A DNA stretch of 64,000 nucleotides from Podospora anserina. Lineage: Eukaryota. Positions within the stretch are counted from its first letter, which is position 1; every line of letters begins with the position of its first letter. Position numbers and translations under genes: made by a program. Shown here in pieces: positions 48,801-62,729 of the stretch. Under the pieces are notes generated by a model. It saw only the letters and a list, made by a program, of their open reading frames with translations, was not told the DNA's origin and did no database searches. The stretch covers positions 1,736,001 to 1,800,000 of the forward strand of contig CM030337.1 of NCBI GenBank assembly GCA_017654855.1, in the 5' to 3' direction.

Positions 48801-51225
48801 CATATCTCTGATCTTGTTCTCAAAATCCTGTGCTATGTCTTTCTCGTACTTGCTGACTACGAGGACGTGAAGGTTGGTGTACTCTTTTTGTATCAGCTTC
48901 AGGATAATGTCAAGCAGTTTGATATCGTTCTTGCGTGAGCCCCTGCGATCGAGAACATGGTCAAGGCCGTCAAGGACAAGGAAGATATCCCTGTCTGCCT
49001 TGGATATAAACCGCTGCAGGTGATTGAAGAGGTCCATGCTGTCATCCGGAAGCTGTCCCTGGCCCTGATAATCACGTAGTGTTTCGTACAAACCATCGTC
49101 GGGGACCTTTTTACACTTGATTGTGAGCTGCCCGAGCAATGATGCCAGGAGGAGATGCATCCTTTTTGTGTCCTCATGATCAAAGCGAAAGTACCAGGAG
49201 GCAAGGGCCTTCGTCGGGTCATTTCCGAATGTCTTTTTCAGGTTTCTGATGATCGATGAGCTGTCTGTGAGTTAGAAACACTAGGTACCCATATAGTCTC
49301 AGGTTATCGGTTGGGACTTTACCATAGCACCGATTTACCACACCCAGCTGCGTACCACACGAGTTAACGACATGTACCCATGTGCTTGACAAGAGCAATG
49401 GGGGTACTGAGAACCTACAGTTGCCATACAACCACAACAGACTTTGCGGATATTTCACCCATTCTGTATATTCTCTGCTCTCGAAGAGCTAATCTCCATA
49501 CTCGTCGGCTTGGTCTGCATCCTGTTCAAGGCTGGTTTTTGATACAACGTCGAGCGTCTTTCTGTCGTGGGCTTCCTCGTCTTCAGAGGTCTCGGGATCC
49601 GTCGTGATATCGCCGCTCTCGCTACCTTGGTCGTCGTCATCGTCACCACTTTCGTCTGTCGCGGTATCGCTGGCCGTGTGGTATTTTTTGCCTTTCCTGT
49701 CCCCATCACCCCCAGGCCTCCAGTGGCTGTTTCCAGAGTTCAGCCACCACGCTCTTTCGGTTGCTAGGCTCGTGCGAATCTTATCCTGGCGCCCTCCATC
49801 GCGCTTCAGCAGCCACTCGCATAACCGTTCCAGCTCTGCAGCAGTAGCTTTGGCGTATGTATCTGAGGCGGTCTTGGCCAGACCGTCGACTCTCTTCAAT
49901 ATCACTTCCGTGTTTGTTCTGATTTCCATAATCTCCTCACGAGCTTCGTCCGCAACTGCTCATTTTGTTACATCAGGTTAATAATTCGGACAGAAAACAT
50001 CAAAGGATGTGTTTAAGGTAGCTATGTAAGTTCGCCACTCACGTTCTCTCGAAACCTAGTTCTGCCAATCCTCTAATGCGGATTTCTCTTCGTTGATCTT
50101 CGTCTCCAGATCGCGGAGTGGCTGTCCAGCCAAGCTGAGGATGAACTTTTTGACCCGGGCTGGGACGGGTCAAAGGTTGTATCGTCAGCCCGAGTTTCTT
50201 ATGCAGACATTAGGGATCGAGGACTGACTCCGAGTTCTACCATTGCTTGACTCTTGCACCTCAGCTGCATACACAAGAATAGCCGTATATACCCTGACCA
50301 GGGCATCCTCGAGTTGCTTCTCTTGCTTGGCTTTTCGCTCGCGGTAGTTTGACTCCATTCGAGAATACAGAGCCATCGAGTGGCTCAGGTAGCTGCAGGC
50401 TTTGAATGTAGAGTCCGCCAGTTCCTTGTCATGGAGGGCCAACTGCAGGCAGGCTGTTATCAGCATCAACTGAAGCAGCATCCATTGGGATACTCGGGCT
50501 TTTACCGTAAGACCAAAGGACACGACAGCCCATGCCGCTGAACAATAGCCTGTCGGATCAAATTTGACGACATTATCGAGCAAGTCCTTGAAGGTTAAGG
50601 CCGAGAACAATATAGACTTCGCATTCCTAAGAGAGGTTTCACCGTTGTCAGATCCCCAGCGCGCCTTGTAGTTAACCATCTTGGCCTCGGTATTTTCGAT
50701 GACGAGCCCGACGAGCTCGATCGAATTGACCCGCGAAGGTTTCTGGTCCTTCGACTTGCCGACCCCCGACCTGCCTTGCAGAAGGGCCCTTTTCGCCTCT
50801 CCCAGCTCGTCCGACTCCCATGCTTCTTTCCAGAAGTCCCGTGCTGACTTGTCGACAGCATCGTCGTCGTCCTTGTCGTCTTCAGGTCTGTTTTCCTCGC
50901 TCTCGCTCTCGCTCTCGCCCTTTGCTCCAGTATTGTCGAGCTGCGCAACAGTAGTCAACCCTCGCTCATCGCCGTCATCCTTACTGTCCTTGCAATCTTC
51001 CTTGCCAGTTTCAGTACTGGCGGCTGCATTCTTATTGCTCGCAGTCTCAGGAGGTGTTGCTCTTGTCGCCCCTTCATCCACTTCTAATTGCGAGCTTGGT
51101 TCATGATTCGGCAGGAGCTCCGCAGGTGCTTCGGTCTTGGTGCGTTCTTGGGTCACTCGCAGTGATAACCACTGACGCACGCTCTTCATCCTAGAAGGCT
51201 TTTTTGCCACAGCCTCTCGCTCCAT
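45882..51225 (-). pseudogene. NLR-like NACHT_N-NACHT-ankyrin gene with in-frame TAGs at 49489-49491 and 48540-48542
   Basis: DFWKEAW..FDPTGYCSAAWAVVSFGL, LLWLYGN|SGCGKS (Walker A), FLVLDGLD (Walker B), FTHFSVQEYL, and GTALQLAA/GTALYAAA/GSPLHVAA ankyrins. Stops occur in YGD*LFESREY and ENIAVR*QDAL. Confidence 0.85.
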
Positions 51226-52687
51226 TTTGATCGTGGTGATGGGCAGGATCTTGAATCAAAAGCTGAGGAGTGGCGAACACTTCTTCCGAGTCTGGAAGAT
51301 CGAGAAAATGGGAACACTGGAGAGAAGAAAGAGGGGTAATGCTTGCACGAGTACCTAAAATGGACTTTCAATGCCTCAGCTGCAGCCGCATCATAACCTC
51401 CAGCCATTGAAATGTTATTCCGCTACTACTTCAGCCCCTTTGAGATGCAGCCTGCGAGATCGGCATACCAAAACAACTCGAGCCGTCAATCGATTGGAGC
51501 CAATAGGAATGTTGCCGGCCAATCCGGTGGTGAGACAGGTAGCCAGCACAGCAAATATTGGGGTGAAGTGTATGTTTGATTCGCTTGTCTTTTCCACCCG
51601 CAGCCTTTATCACCCATGCTTCGAACAACTCGCATGGGCCTACGAGATCACGGCCTTGAGGAACGCGAGGGATTCGGAGTGCTTCACCATCGAGATCGAT
51701 TTGGGTCATACTAAAAGCTGTCTGCGGTGGTAGCTGCCATTGCTTCCAAGACAAAGGGAGATGTCATGCTAGAATATGAAATAACGCTCTCAGAAGTCCC
51801 ATTCAATACCTTTGAAATCTAAGTCATCGGGTTGTAAAATGCCGAAGACACCAAGAAATTCTGATCAGGCTCTGCCACGTCACGCCGAAAATAGCTGGAA
51901 TACTTTGAGTGCCACAAGTTCACGCAGAGCTGAACGAGAAGAGCTACTCAATGGACAGATTATATCTCATTGGGCAGGTACCCAGAAAGTACGGATTTCT
52001 CTGCCACATTTTTTAATTCCTCACGCCAACCTGCACCAAGTATGTAGAGGTCTTCTGAAGTAGACGGGGTCATTGTTCTGCTTGTTTTGTATTCCGAATA
52101 TTTCAATTTTCTCTTCTAAACTCCTACAATGTATACTCATAGTGTCTCTCTTCCAGCCGGCAACATTATACCTGCTACGTTCAGGGGGCCCAGATCGTCA
52201 ATTTTCAATAAAGATTGCAGTTATCATATTTGCGACACAACGAAGCTATTTAAAAGAGCGTACCAGGGCCATATGTGTAGAAGAAGAGCGCGTAATCCAC
52301 CTGTCAAGCTTACCCAGAGCTCTGCTTCCTTTCTTGATTGAGAACCATTAAATCCTAGCCTGTTCATCTCTGCTCGGCTAAGCCTTGCGTACGAAACATA
52401 TATCCATCTCTCGCTCCATAAGACTTACGGATTACATGCACCTGATCCGGGAACCTCTACCTCGAGAATCCCAAAAGACTCTGCTGTCAATCCGGAAGTA
52501 GGCAGTGATGTGATTAACCAATGTAGCATATTCTGAGAAGAAAGGCCGTCTCGTACCAAGGAGGAGTTAGGGATTCTCATGATGAAGAATGAACCTCGGG
52601 CGGTTTCAGCCACGCTTTTGATCTCCACCGTTCCCGGTGTTCAAGTACTGCCGAGACTCTCCCAGGCCCCAAGACCCCCTATTCATT

Positions 52688-55076
52688 CTAACAAAACCAG
52701 TTATTTTTCGGATTTGGAAAGCCTTTGTACAATTGACGATGAAAACTTCCTGAAAGTTCCTGTGAAGGAGTAGGGCTCTTGGTGGAGTGGCTCTCGGGTG
52801 TGATGTCAGGGATGACCGGTATTTTCTCTCGACTCTGAATCTCACGTGGCCAGGCTAAGTCGAACAGGCACTCGAAATTACTAGGTCCCTTCTCTTGAGC
52901 CAAAAGTCGCGGTGTATGGCCTTCATTGTCCTTCGCCCTAATCTTCGCACCGCTTGCAAGGAGCATTGCAGTAATTGTCATGCGACCAAACTGAGCGGCA
53001 ATGTGCAGAGCCGTTTCACCATTGTCTGCTCTTGCATCAATGTCAGCGCCTGCTCTGAGCAGTTTGTTGACAGTCTCAATGTGACCGCGTCTAACGGCGC
53101 AGTGTAGCAGAGGTATGGTACCGTCGTGTGGCATGATTTGGCATCGCATGCCAACATCTGCCCCAGATGTGATGAGATCTTCGACAAGGCCGTGATAGCC
53201 ATGGGAGACGGCTAAGCCGAGCAATTCGTTTTTCGAAGCGATGTCAAATTGGCCGACGAAGTGTGTATCTCGTACGCATTCTTGAATGATTTGTTCTTGA
53301 TTCCAACTTGCGCGACAAATCATGGAAATCAAGTCTGGCATTTTGTTAAGATCTTTGGCTTGGACGGCTTCAAAAACTCTGTCGTGAAGGACTGATCCCA
53401 ACCTCGATCTATCGTCGTTTTTACCTGGCGACTTAATTCGTTTGTTGGGAGGACTGTTGATGGGGCAGTGGTGAAGCAGGATCTTGATGATTGCAACACC
53501 TTTTGGTCGGTTTCCCGCCGCTAGACTGAAGAACTTCTCCGTGACCGATGGTCGGTAAGTGGTCTTCGAGAACAACGTTCTGAGCACTTCGTCTCCACTG
53601 ACATCGTTTTGAGATTGCCTCTTTGACCACCGCAGTAACATAACCTGGAGGGAGCTCGCGCGACAACCTTTCCAAGTTGGCCAGTATTGCTTCGAGTATC
53701 TGACTTCCTTTCCCTTTATTTTTGGCCACAGCCCGAACTACCCATTCGCTGATAGGCAGTCTAGGTCGGCGATCTAAGTTGTGGGCCATTGCTGCATCGC
53801 CGTCCAACTCATCCATTGCTGCTAACTCGAGAGCCCTTTCGTTCCAGAATGTGAGACGAGTGCAAAGATCTCGGAGCGAGTTTGGGCGAATTCCTAGCCG
53901 GGGTTTCACGTGAAATAAAAAAGAAAAGACCGTTTCCACAACATCCTCGTCCGTCTTTTCGTAGTCTGGCTGAATGATGTTGATCGCATCTGAAGCCAGA
54001 GCCAGTAGGGCATATACCAAGTCTTTGTCCCTTGTCGCTTCGCTTCCTCCAATATTCTCCAACAGTGTGTAGAGATCCAGGCATCCACCAAACCAAGAAC
54101 TTACTCGAAAGGGCCCAGGCATCATGTCCAATATTCCCTGGCAATGGGGCTCAGGAGCCACCCCAAGCAGAGACGGAGCAAGCCTGAAGATCCTTGCCGA
54201 GACGAATTCATTTCCGCAGTATACACTAGCGGCTTTGGATTTGGCGACCTCCTGTAAAATCCATACTCTCCTAAACCACGGTCGACAAAGAAGCTCTTCC
54301 AAGCCTTTGCGCTCGAGCCCTGGGTGTCGTTGGTCACTTGCCTCCAAATGTGTCCAAGCAGCCATCCACTGTTCCCCTGTCCACGTCTTCGAGACAGTCC
54401 TCCTGGCCTCCTCCTCAAGCCGCCTGAGCGCCCGTAGGCAGCAGTTTGTGTCAAATCCTGGAGGCCCAAGCCAATAAATAACGGATTCCGCCTCGCTGTA
54501 TACATCGCCCATGTGCCGGACTTGATGGCCACACTCAACGTCGTTTTCCTGGTCAATACAGATTGCATCTACCCAGACGATGCGATCGTTATCTTTAAGC
54601 TGCAAGAAACATAGAGCGTCGTGAAGGCTTCTGGTTACGCCGAATTTCTTGTTGTGGAGCACCACGCTGTATTCTCGGTCCTGACTGCCCCGGACGTAGG
54701 AGATTGACTCATAAGATATCACCCTCTCCCGGTCTTGCAAGCGTGCTGTAAACAATTCGCATGGGATTGATGGATCGCGGCCTTTCAGAAGGCGCAGGAG
54801 GCGAAAACTTGGTCCGCCGAGGTCGATTGGATCGTAAGAGAAACCACCGTGACGAATGCCGTCTTTGATAACGCTGGGTATCTCAACACTGTTGTCGCTA
54901 AGGCCCTCACTAACCACCTTTTCCTTGCTCACATCACCACTGTCGCAGTCATTGGGGTCTGCATGCAATTCTTTGAGGCCAGACTCTTCGACAGTCCCAG
55001 AGTCACCAACAACAGGATCTTCACCATTAAACTCGTCAAGTGAAGAGTCATCGCTGCAGTATATGTAAGGGGTCAT
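52688..55076 (-). pseudogene. HET-domain (HET-6-like) + ankyrin protein with an apparent frameshift near 53610
   Basis: FRLLRL, YESISYVRG, WVDAICIDQ, MGDVYSEA and RPWFRRVWILQE. The ankyrin C-terminus (LLHCAV, GETALHIAA) is in a different frame overlapping at 53433-53641. Confidence 0.8.
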
Positions 55077-55793
55077 TGCGCGTCAGCTCTATACCTAGGC
55101 AATCACCTTGTACGATACTGAAACAGTATATTTAGCGGGATTGAGCTCGTGAATATGGTCTGGGTGTTGAGAGAAGATGGCAAGAGAGAGATTGCAGCCT
55201 TCGAGGCATCAAGCTGTGCCACATCACGCCAAGGGCGCCTGTGTTGCCGCCACGGATGGTTACACAGACATAGTGCGAACTGCTCCCGTTGGCCAGGCAC
55301 GATCTCACCAAGTCACAGAACCAACATTTTCCATATTGAAAAACCCCGTTAGAATATCACTACCTAATGGGATAACAATGTGTGCTAGCATAGGTAGAAA
55401 ATGGCAACATACAGGACTACTATACCTGCATCAGTTACGACACAATGACTGGTCTCACTTGGTCAGGCCTTTTAACCTGCCTCTCTATATCGATGCCCAC
55501 TTAATAGGCACTGTTTTCCGAAGTTCTCTTTCAGGTAATATCAAGGTAATATCATACAATCGATTCCATGTTTCCCCAAGATCAAAGTATAACAGAGACC
55601 TTGAAAGGATCTACAGTGTATAAGTCAACTTCTGTGACTGATAATGAGCGACAAGTGTATTCAAAGAGCGTCCCAATCTACCTTATCTAACCTGACATCT
55701 TCCGTGTCACCACCACCCATGTATACCCAACCCATCTACTATCTTATCAGATACATACTTGATCCTCACCCTTTTTCCAACGAACCCAGGTCC

Positions 55794-56153
55794 TTACTCA
55801 TAAATCACACGCCACTGACCTGGAGCCACGTACTCCACCACCGCCTTTCTTTTGAGTCTAGGCGGCAGAGTAGCGACGAAAGCCTGTGCTGCTTCCTGGG
55901 TGGCATAGTAGGTCTCGTCGGAGTCGTTTTGAGCAACAGCTCCACCACCACCACCACCACTACCACCACCACCGCTGCCACCACCACTACCGCTGCTGCC
56001 GACGACCTGTGTAGAACCTGTAGTAGCACGCTTGCCGAAAATTGAGCCTGAAGGGGCGGACAGTGCGTCATTGTCGCGGGGGAGAACAGCTGCGCTGCCC
56101 AGAGCTGCTCCGGCGAGGCTGATCGCGAGGATGAGAAGGTTGTTTTGCTTCAT
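55794..56153 (-). CDS. Small secreted Gly-rich protein
   Basis: Signal peptide MKQNNLLILAISLAGAALG, KR processing site and GGGS linker. Confidence 0.7.
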   Translation of the reverse strand: MKQNNLLILAISLAGAALGSAAVLPRDNDALSAPSGSIFGKRATTGSTQVVGSSGSGGGSGGGGSGGGGGGAVAQNDSDETYYATQEAAQAFVATLPPRLKRKAVVEYVAPGQWRVIYE

Positions 56154-58657
56154 TTTGGGAGGAAGGTTCTGAGGAAAAGCGATATTTGGAGAGGGAAGAG
56201 TTTGGAATAGGTGGGTAGTTGTGATGGTGTTGGAAGCTTGCCAGAAGCTCGATAGATGGATTTTGGGGTTGTATAATGGAAGCTTGCCAGAAGCTTGTCT
56301 GATGATTGAAGGAGAGTTGAGAAGGTGGAGACCTGCCAGAAGTCACCAGAAGGCTGAGAAGGAATGATGCGTGATGCTGGAAATTAAGACCCATCTTTCG
56401 AGGAGAGTGGAAGGCTTCTTATAGGTCTGATCACTGTTTTCTCGCCTGGTTTCATTCATCAAGCTATCGGAACCAGAGGCCTCTGCAGTGATTCGGACAT
56501 GGTGATACTCGGAGGTCCTCTGTTCTCGAAACACGACAGCATACCGGGTGAGATGTTTTCTGGACTATTCTTTGACGTTGATGTTCGACGGCTAGCTGAT
56601 AGAATAGCTGTACGACATGCCTCTTCTAGTAATTCTGCCATTCGTGTAGTGAGCATGCGATTCGGAGGATCGGGGTTTGTCAGCTAACCACCTAATCTTA
56701 ACTCAAGCCAATGGGCCTGTCAGACGGAGTATGACAGGTCTCGCCTGCAGTGATCAGTGCCGTCGGAATGTGTAAACCAACGAATAGGTTTTACTAGTGT
56801 CATTATGTATTCCCACACTTCCACATATTGTCCTTTTAGTGAGTGAAAGACCTTGAAGCTAGGTCATTGAAAATTCTAAGTGGAATATGGAGGGCGTACA
56901 GCATGCACAACCTTACCTACGTAGTAGGCCATGGTGTCGATGTAGGAAAGAAGCTCAAAAAGTCTGGCAACCCCAGCACTGCACAAGCTGACACTCCCGT
57001 CCTCAGTAACTTATGTCAGCATATCTTGAGCACAATTTCCGCCTATACATGATTATGAAGAGAGTATGAGATGTGGGTCAGGCGCAAGGGTGCCGGCTTC
57101 ACTTAATGCCACGTTGACATAGCCCCTTTTTTCGGCCGAAAATATACGATCAAATATCATTCTTCATGAACCATGTTATCACAGGATTTCCTGTCTGTCG
57201 TTTGTCTTACATAGTCCCGCTAAGGCAGCGACTTGAAATGCCAGGACATCCCTATAGGGCTGCGGACGGGTGCAAAGAATAAGGATCTGAGATGAGACAG
57301 CTGCCGAGCTGCGCAGATGAAATCTTATTTACTGGAACCTATTCGACAGTGGCTTGGAAATTAATCTGGAGAATGAGCCCGGAATTATAGTTTGATGCTT
57401 ACATTATGCGTCTTCGCTACCTTAAGTAAAGAGAAAGCTGCCTTGGGATTGATGGCTGAGTCAGACTGCCGGCGGAAACTCACCGTTCCGTGATGTGTTT
57501 ACTGCAAATCTATTCAATGTCGTAGTAGGATCTAGAGACATATGTGCAATTAACTTCCCCGTACATTATTCGTCCTTCTGTTTGGTCCTGTTTTCCCTTT
57601 AACGTTTGTTGGTCGCACAAACTTCGCTGTTGGTTCCACAAACTTTTACTATTGGACGCACAAACTCGAGCTAACCCGCCTAGAACTTCACACACTAAGA
57701 GAAGGTTTTATATAAAAGACCTGGCTCGGGTGGTTGGTGGCTCGCTAGATTTGGTATCTCATAATGGTGATTCTAGCGAGGCAGAAGCTTGGACTCTCAC
57801 GGTAAGATAGAGCACCTTGAAAACTCAACCGACTGATGAGTGCGGGGAGGAGTCCGATTGGCTGAATTACGCAAGAAAAACATTCGAAGACAATTCAGTG
57901 GAGGTCTGCCAACGCTTCTTCACGTCCAAGGTCTTAGCCAGTCTATAGCCAGTTATTCGCGCGGTTGTGATGGGAAACAACATTATGAAACCATTGATGT
58001 TGAACAGATCGGTTGATGATCTATCATCAAGGAGGTGTTGGTGTCGTAATATGAGCGGAATGTTCACCGCCACCATGTTAATAAATGTCCTTGGGTTACT
58101 GCCACAGTGCCAACTTGAAAGTGAATTACTTGTCTGCAGATAGAGGTTGAACAGACATCGTATCTGAAGTGGCTGAATATAGATGACTAGACAGCCGGGA
58201 AGATTGAGGTTTCTTTGGTGAAATTCTGGAGATCATGATTAGAGGGAAATCCACCACCCAGTCTATACAGGTAGAATGCGCCTGTTGATCAGGCATAGTC
58301 ACGGCATGACCCCTGTGCCGCTTCCCTGCACCAGACCACTTTGCAATATCATCACCACCATCAACAACACTGCATATTGTCTTTCGATCATCGAGGTAGA
58401 CCAACTCTCGGCCCCCTGCCAGGGTATCATGAAGCAACCTCGCGCACGACCGTTCGGTGTCCGTGACTCGGAAGTTGCACGAGGTGTTGAGGACAACGAT
58501 CCTCTCTCGTCGTCCGAGGCCACGGCCAAAACAAGTATAAAACCCCATCCTCCCCCCATCTCCCTCCCCCGGTGATCACCACCATCAACTCACTCTCAAC
58601 TCCAACTCTCAACACAAATCCACCACTTCAAAACCACACAACCCCTCAACCGCCAAA

Positions 58658-59061
58658 ATGCAGTTCACCAACAACCTCCTCGCCCTCCTCACCCTCCTCC
58701 CTCTTACCCTCGCCGCCCCCGAGAGTCAGCTCGAGGCCAAGTTCGAGTCCGGCGTCAGCATCCTCGGCACCGCCGTCGTGACCACCTATTCCGGCGACGC
58801 CTGCAACGGCAGCAACGAGCAGGTCACCGTCACCAACGGCGGCTACCGCTGCTTTGCCGTTTCCAACAAGCGGTCTATTGGCTATAGCGGCTCTGGGTAA
58901 GTCTTCTATCTGTTTACATCGCTCCAGAAGATGAGCTGACAGAAATGATAAGCTGCACCGTCACGACCTGGAGCGGCAACAACTGCCGTGGCTCCAGCTT
59001 CGTCGCCACCCGCGCGGGCTGCTACAGTGTCTTGTATGGCTCTGTTTCTATCCAGTGCTAG
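58658..59061 (+). CDS. Small secreted 6-Cys protein, MiAMP1/beta-gamma-crystallin-like, 2 exons
   Basis: Signal peptide; duplicated motifs VTTYSGDACNG and VTTWSGNNCRG; ends GCYSVLYGSVSIQC. Confidence 0.75.
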
Positions 59062-59372
59062 AGAGAGTGCTGTGATTGTGGGATGAGATAGGGGGTGAAA
59101 TGATGGACTGTTTTGGTGACAGGTCTAGGTAGATTGTTGGGACGAGGTGGCGTGAAGTCGGAGGGTTGTCCTTTCGCATTCTCACTGGAGTTCTCCGGCT
59201 CAAAGTCTTACGCCATGAACTGTATAGTTTAGGTAGGAAGGTATCTGCGAGTGAATACACGGTTGAATGGACGCGGAAAATATCCCGACTTGCCTTAGGA
59301 AGTGAAATTGTCTAGAAATAAGAGGTACTCTTCCTGAAGAGCAACCTAGCTTATAAGTTATGCTGTGTTTGT

Positions 59373-61560
59373 TCAGGTGATCTTGTAGTCGGTGACATGA
59401 GGAGTCAACAGTCGTTGAAACTCAGCCCCCAAGAAAGCTTGCTTTGTCCTTGGCAACAGAACCATACCCACTCGGCGAAAGACATTTTCCTGCCTGCCCG
59501 TGATGGGCGCAAGACATAGCATTGCGCAGGACAACTGCTTGTTCTTCTCCTGTAGCTTGAAGGGGTAGCTTCCTACAAGCGCAAGATGGCTCACCCTTTC
59601 CGCATCTGGGTCCCCGTCACCATGATCCAGAGACGCACCTCCCGCCATGAAAGAAAGCTGTGTGTCGATCGGGACATATGCAACCTCCTCCTCATTTTCG
59701 TCATATGTGACAACCTCTCGCTTCACGGGAATCAAAGGTCCCCTCAACGTCACTGTTCCTCCTCCTTGCCCAAACACCGCCGCTGGCGGAGGCTCTTTGA
59801 CTTCGAAATCGAGCAGCTCAACCCATAATTTTGGATCGACCCCGTACCATACCCAACTGATGAAACTGACAGGTCTTCCACAGGAGGGCCACGCCCATGA
59901 AGGAAACAGATCCGGATATATCTGTTCCGAGACAGGTTCTCCCGAGACATGCCACAAGAGCAGGTCCGGTAAAAGCGATAACCAGCACCCAAAGAAATAT
60001 TCGTCCCTTTTGTAAATGTTCGGCCACCTCCGTTGCAAAGCCACAGCAATACCCTCCAAGGCCGCGACTCTATCGCCGAACTGCGTGAGTAGCCGGCCCG
60101 AGTAGGTTGCAACTATATCAGACCACAGGTACGAGTACGTTTTGCTGAGTTCAGCCTCGGAGAACAGATTGTTTACCGACATGTGATTGATGCCGTATCT
60201 CCGAGTAAACACACGGTCCCCTGCCTCTGTCTTGATGTGTGGACTGGGATTCCTGCATTCGCATTGCACCTCGGTGGCACACGTCCATGACATTTCTCCT
60301 TTTCCAATATACAGCGATCTCTTGGCTAAGAATCGTTCCTGAAATGTCCATCCACGTTCCTCAACAACGTTGAGGGCGTCTGTGGGATCTTGATCAAAGG
60401 TTTCGTGTGCCCAGTGTCCCGGTAGAGATCGGCACCGCTCGTGCTCCATTTGCTCCACGACAATCGTTTCTCTGTAATCAGATGATTCGTTGTCGTTATT
60501 GGCATACCGGGAAAAGTCTAACCCTATTATCTTTGGTGGAGAGGGCTGCATTTCGGGTGGCCCAAGCGGGCAGCCCTCAAGCGAGCCTGAAGAGCCAGCA
60601 GCAGACAGAACAAGAAGTGCGCCGGAGTAAATGTCGGCCATCTGAGGAATCTGTGCTATTTTGTCGCGTGGATCATCCTGGATGATGCAAAGGGCGTCGA
60701 CCCATAGATAACGCTGGCAGAGGTGTTTACAGGCAATGACTGCGTCTCTGATGGTGGAAGGAAGTGACAGCATCGGGATTCCGGCTGCATGTTGTTTGAG
60801 GTTGGCGGTGTTGGTGCAAAGGTTCCCTTGTTTGCCCCAGCAGTAGCTGAGGGCGACATACCCCGTCCGTGGATGAAGTTCTTGATGCTGCGTATTTACT
60901 AAGCGGATGTGTTCGACGTCTGAAATATCCAACAGTCGCCTCGGCAATAGATACTCTGCATCGTGTTCATTACAAGCCTCGTGTGATGTGACACATTCTG
61001 AAAGCCATTCTTTGGCGAGGGCAAAACGATGTTCGGGAGTTGTCCTGATGGGGCGGAAATTGACATGGGTAGCTTTATGTGCTATCGGCAGGCCTACTAT
61101 GGGGTCCAACAAGGGTCGTTCACCCTTGTACCTGTCTATAGACGCTCGTTTCAGCAACTGAATGGTTTCTGTAGTCTTGATCGAACATGTCTTAGTAGCA
61201 CTCACCACCAGTTTCATAAATCTTATATCCCGGTGCTGTCTCAAAGGTGTCTCCTGGCCTGATGACCCCAATTTCGAGCGTGTTGTCATGCCAGATACTT
61301 CCTACCAGGACAGTGCTGGCACTCCTGAGATCTGTGACATTATTCAGAATTTGTCCCAAGGCCCAGCACCGCGAACATTGGGCAGCGGATTCCAAAACCG
61401 TCGATAGCTGGACCTGCTTATCGTAGACATCGCCAAATAGTTCTTTGCAATGTGGGCACTGCTCCCAGGCTTTTGGGCTGCCTCTTAACTGCAGACCGGG
61501 TGTCGTTGTTTTTCGCTTCAGACGAAGCCGCAGCTTCAAGAACCGTGGAAAGCATCCCAT
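59373..61560 (-). CDS. HET-domain (TOL-like) protein, 2 exons
   Basis: N-terminal CxxC..CxxC, WLSECVTSHEAC, LPRRLLDI, YVALSYCWG, YLWVDALCIIQD and RGWTFQER. A GTGAGT..TAG intron joins the two ORFs in frame. Confidence 0.9.
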
Positions 61561-61892
61561 AGCTATTGACTGAATCTTGAAAGAGGTGAAAGAGTTGTTG
61601 AGTTGTGGATGAAAGGGCTAGTCGGTTGGGCTGAATTGCGGTGCTCTCCGCTCTGTCAGGTCACAAAACTTCCCGACCTTTCTCCGATCCACTCAGAGAC
61701 TAAAATCGTGTTGCCCACTCACCCAACATCATCATCAACTTTCCACTTCCTACCAATAGGTATATCTGGGCCAACTGTTGACCCTTCAAGCTTGTGCAAT
61801 CTTGCACACCTGGAAATAGCGCGATTCAGTGACGTGACTGCATCGCAATGCGTGCTCGCTTGCCATGAACATATATTGCAAGAATCCAACCC

Positions 61893-62729
61893 CTAAAGCC
61901 TCTCAAACTCCCCAGGCAACTTCTCCCCCTCAACCCAAGCCCTCACACCTCCCGCAAACAACTCGGGAAATTGCATATCCCACCCATGCACCCCCTCCCT
62001 CAACACAAACCCTCCCGACCCATCCTCAGGCCACCCACCCCCTTGGTCTGTTCTCCTGCTCCTCAACGCCTCCGCCGTCCTAACCATCATACCAACATCA
62101 TCCCCTTTAGCTCCCGCAACATGCAAAGTCCTCAATTCCAACCTCCTCACATCATCCAAACCAAACTCCAATATCCAAGGAAACATATCGTGCACCACCT
62201 CCCAAGTGATATTCCCCTTCATCTCCTCTATCAACTCAATATCCAGCTTCAACCCAAGCAACGAAGCCTGCCATTGATACAACCAACTCGGTACCCACCC
62301 TACCATCATCTTCATAGTGTAGTAAGTCAATCCCGGCCATTGCGCCATGAATAACCGTGCCCTGCTCGCGGGAGCAGCACCTGTCACAAAAAGAGAGAGG
62401 ACTAGGTCGGGTTGGTCCAAGGCGAGGCATTGGGCTATGTACCCGCCCATTGAAACACCGACAACATGGGCCTTGCCGCCGTGGGCGTGTGAGCGGATGA
62501 GTTGCGCGACGTGCTGGGCTGAGTGGTCGGTGGTGCCTGGTTTGATGTGGCGGGAGGCGGAATGGAGTGGTAGGTCAGGGACGACGAGGTGGAAGTCCGA
62601 GAGGTAGGGGATGATGAGGGCGAATTCAAGACGGCAGGTGAAGCCGCCGTGGAGGAGGATGATTGTGGCGGGTTTGTCGTCGTTCCACGACGTGAAGGAT
62701 AGCGACGTTGTGGGGGGAGGTGGGGTCAT
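61893..62729 (-). CDS. Alpha/beta hydrolase
   Basis: IILLHGG, PDLPLH, nucleophile elbow GVSMGG and C-terminal HGW. Confidence 0.88.
   Translation of the reverse strand: MTPPPPTTSLSFTSWNDDKPATIILLHGGFTCRLEFALIIPYLSDFHLVVPDLPLHSASRHIKPGTTDHSAQHVAQLIRSHAHGGKAHVVGVSMGGYIAQCLALDQPDLVLSLFVTGAAPASRARLFMAQWPGLTYYTMKMMVGWVPSWLYQWQASLLGLKLDIELIEEMKGNITWEVVHDMFPWILEFGLDDVRRLELRTLHVAGAKGDDVGMMVRTAEALRSRRTDQGGGWPEDGSGGFVLREGVHGWDMQFPELFAGGVRAWVEGEKLPGEFERL

Noticed and set aside
61140-61290. Apparent frameshift in the TOL-like HET gene
   Set aside because: It is explained by a canonical GTGAGT..TAG intron that restores the frame.
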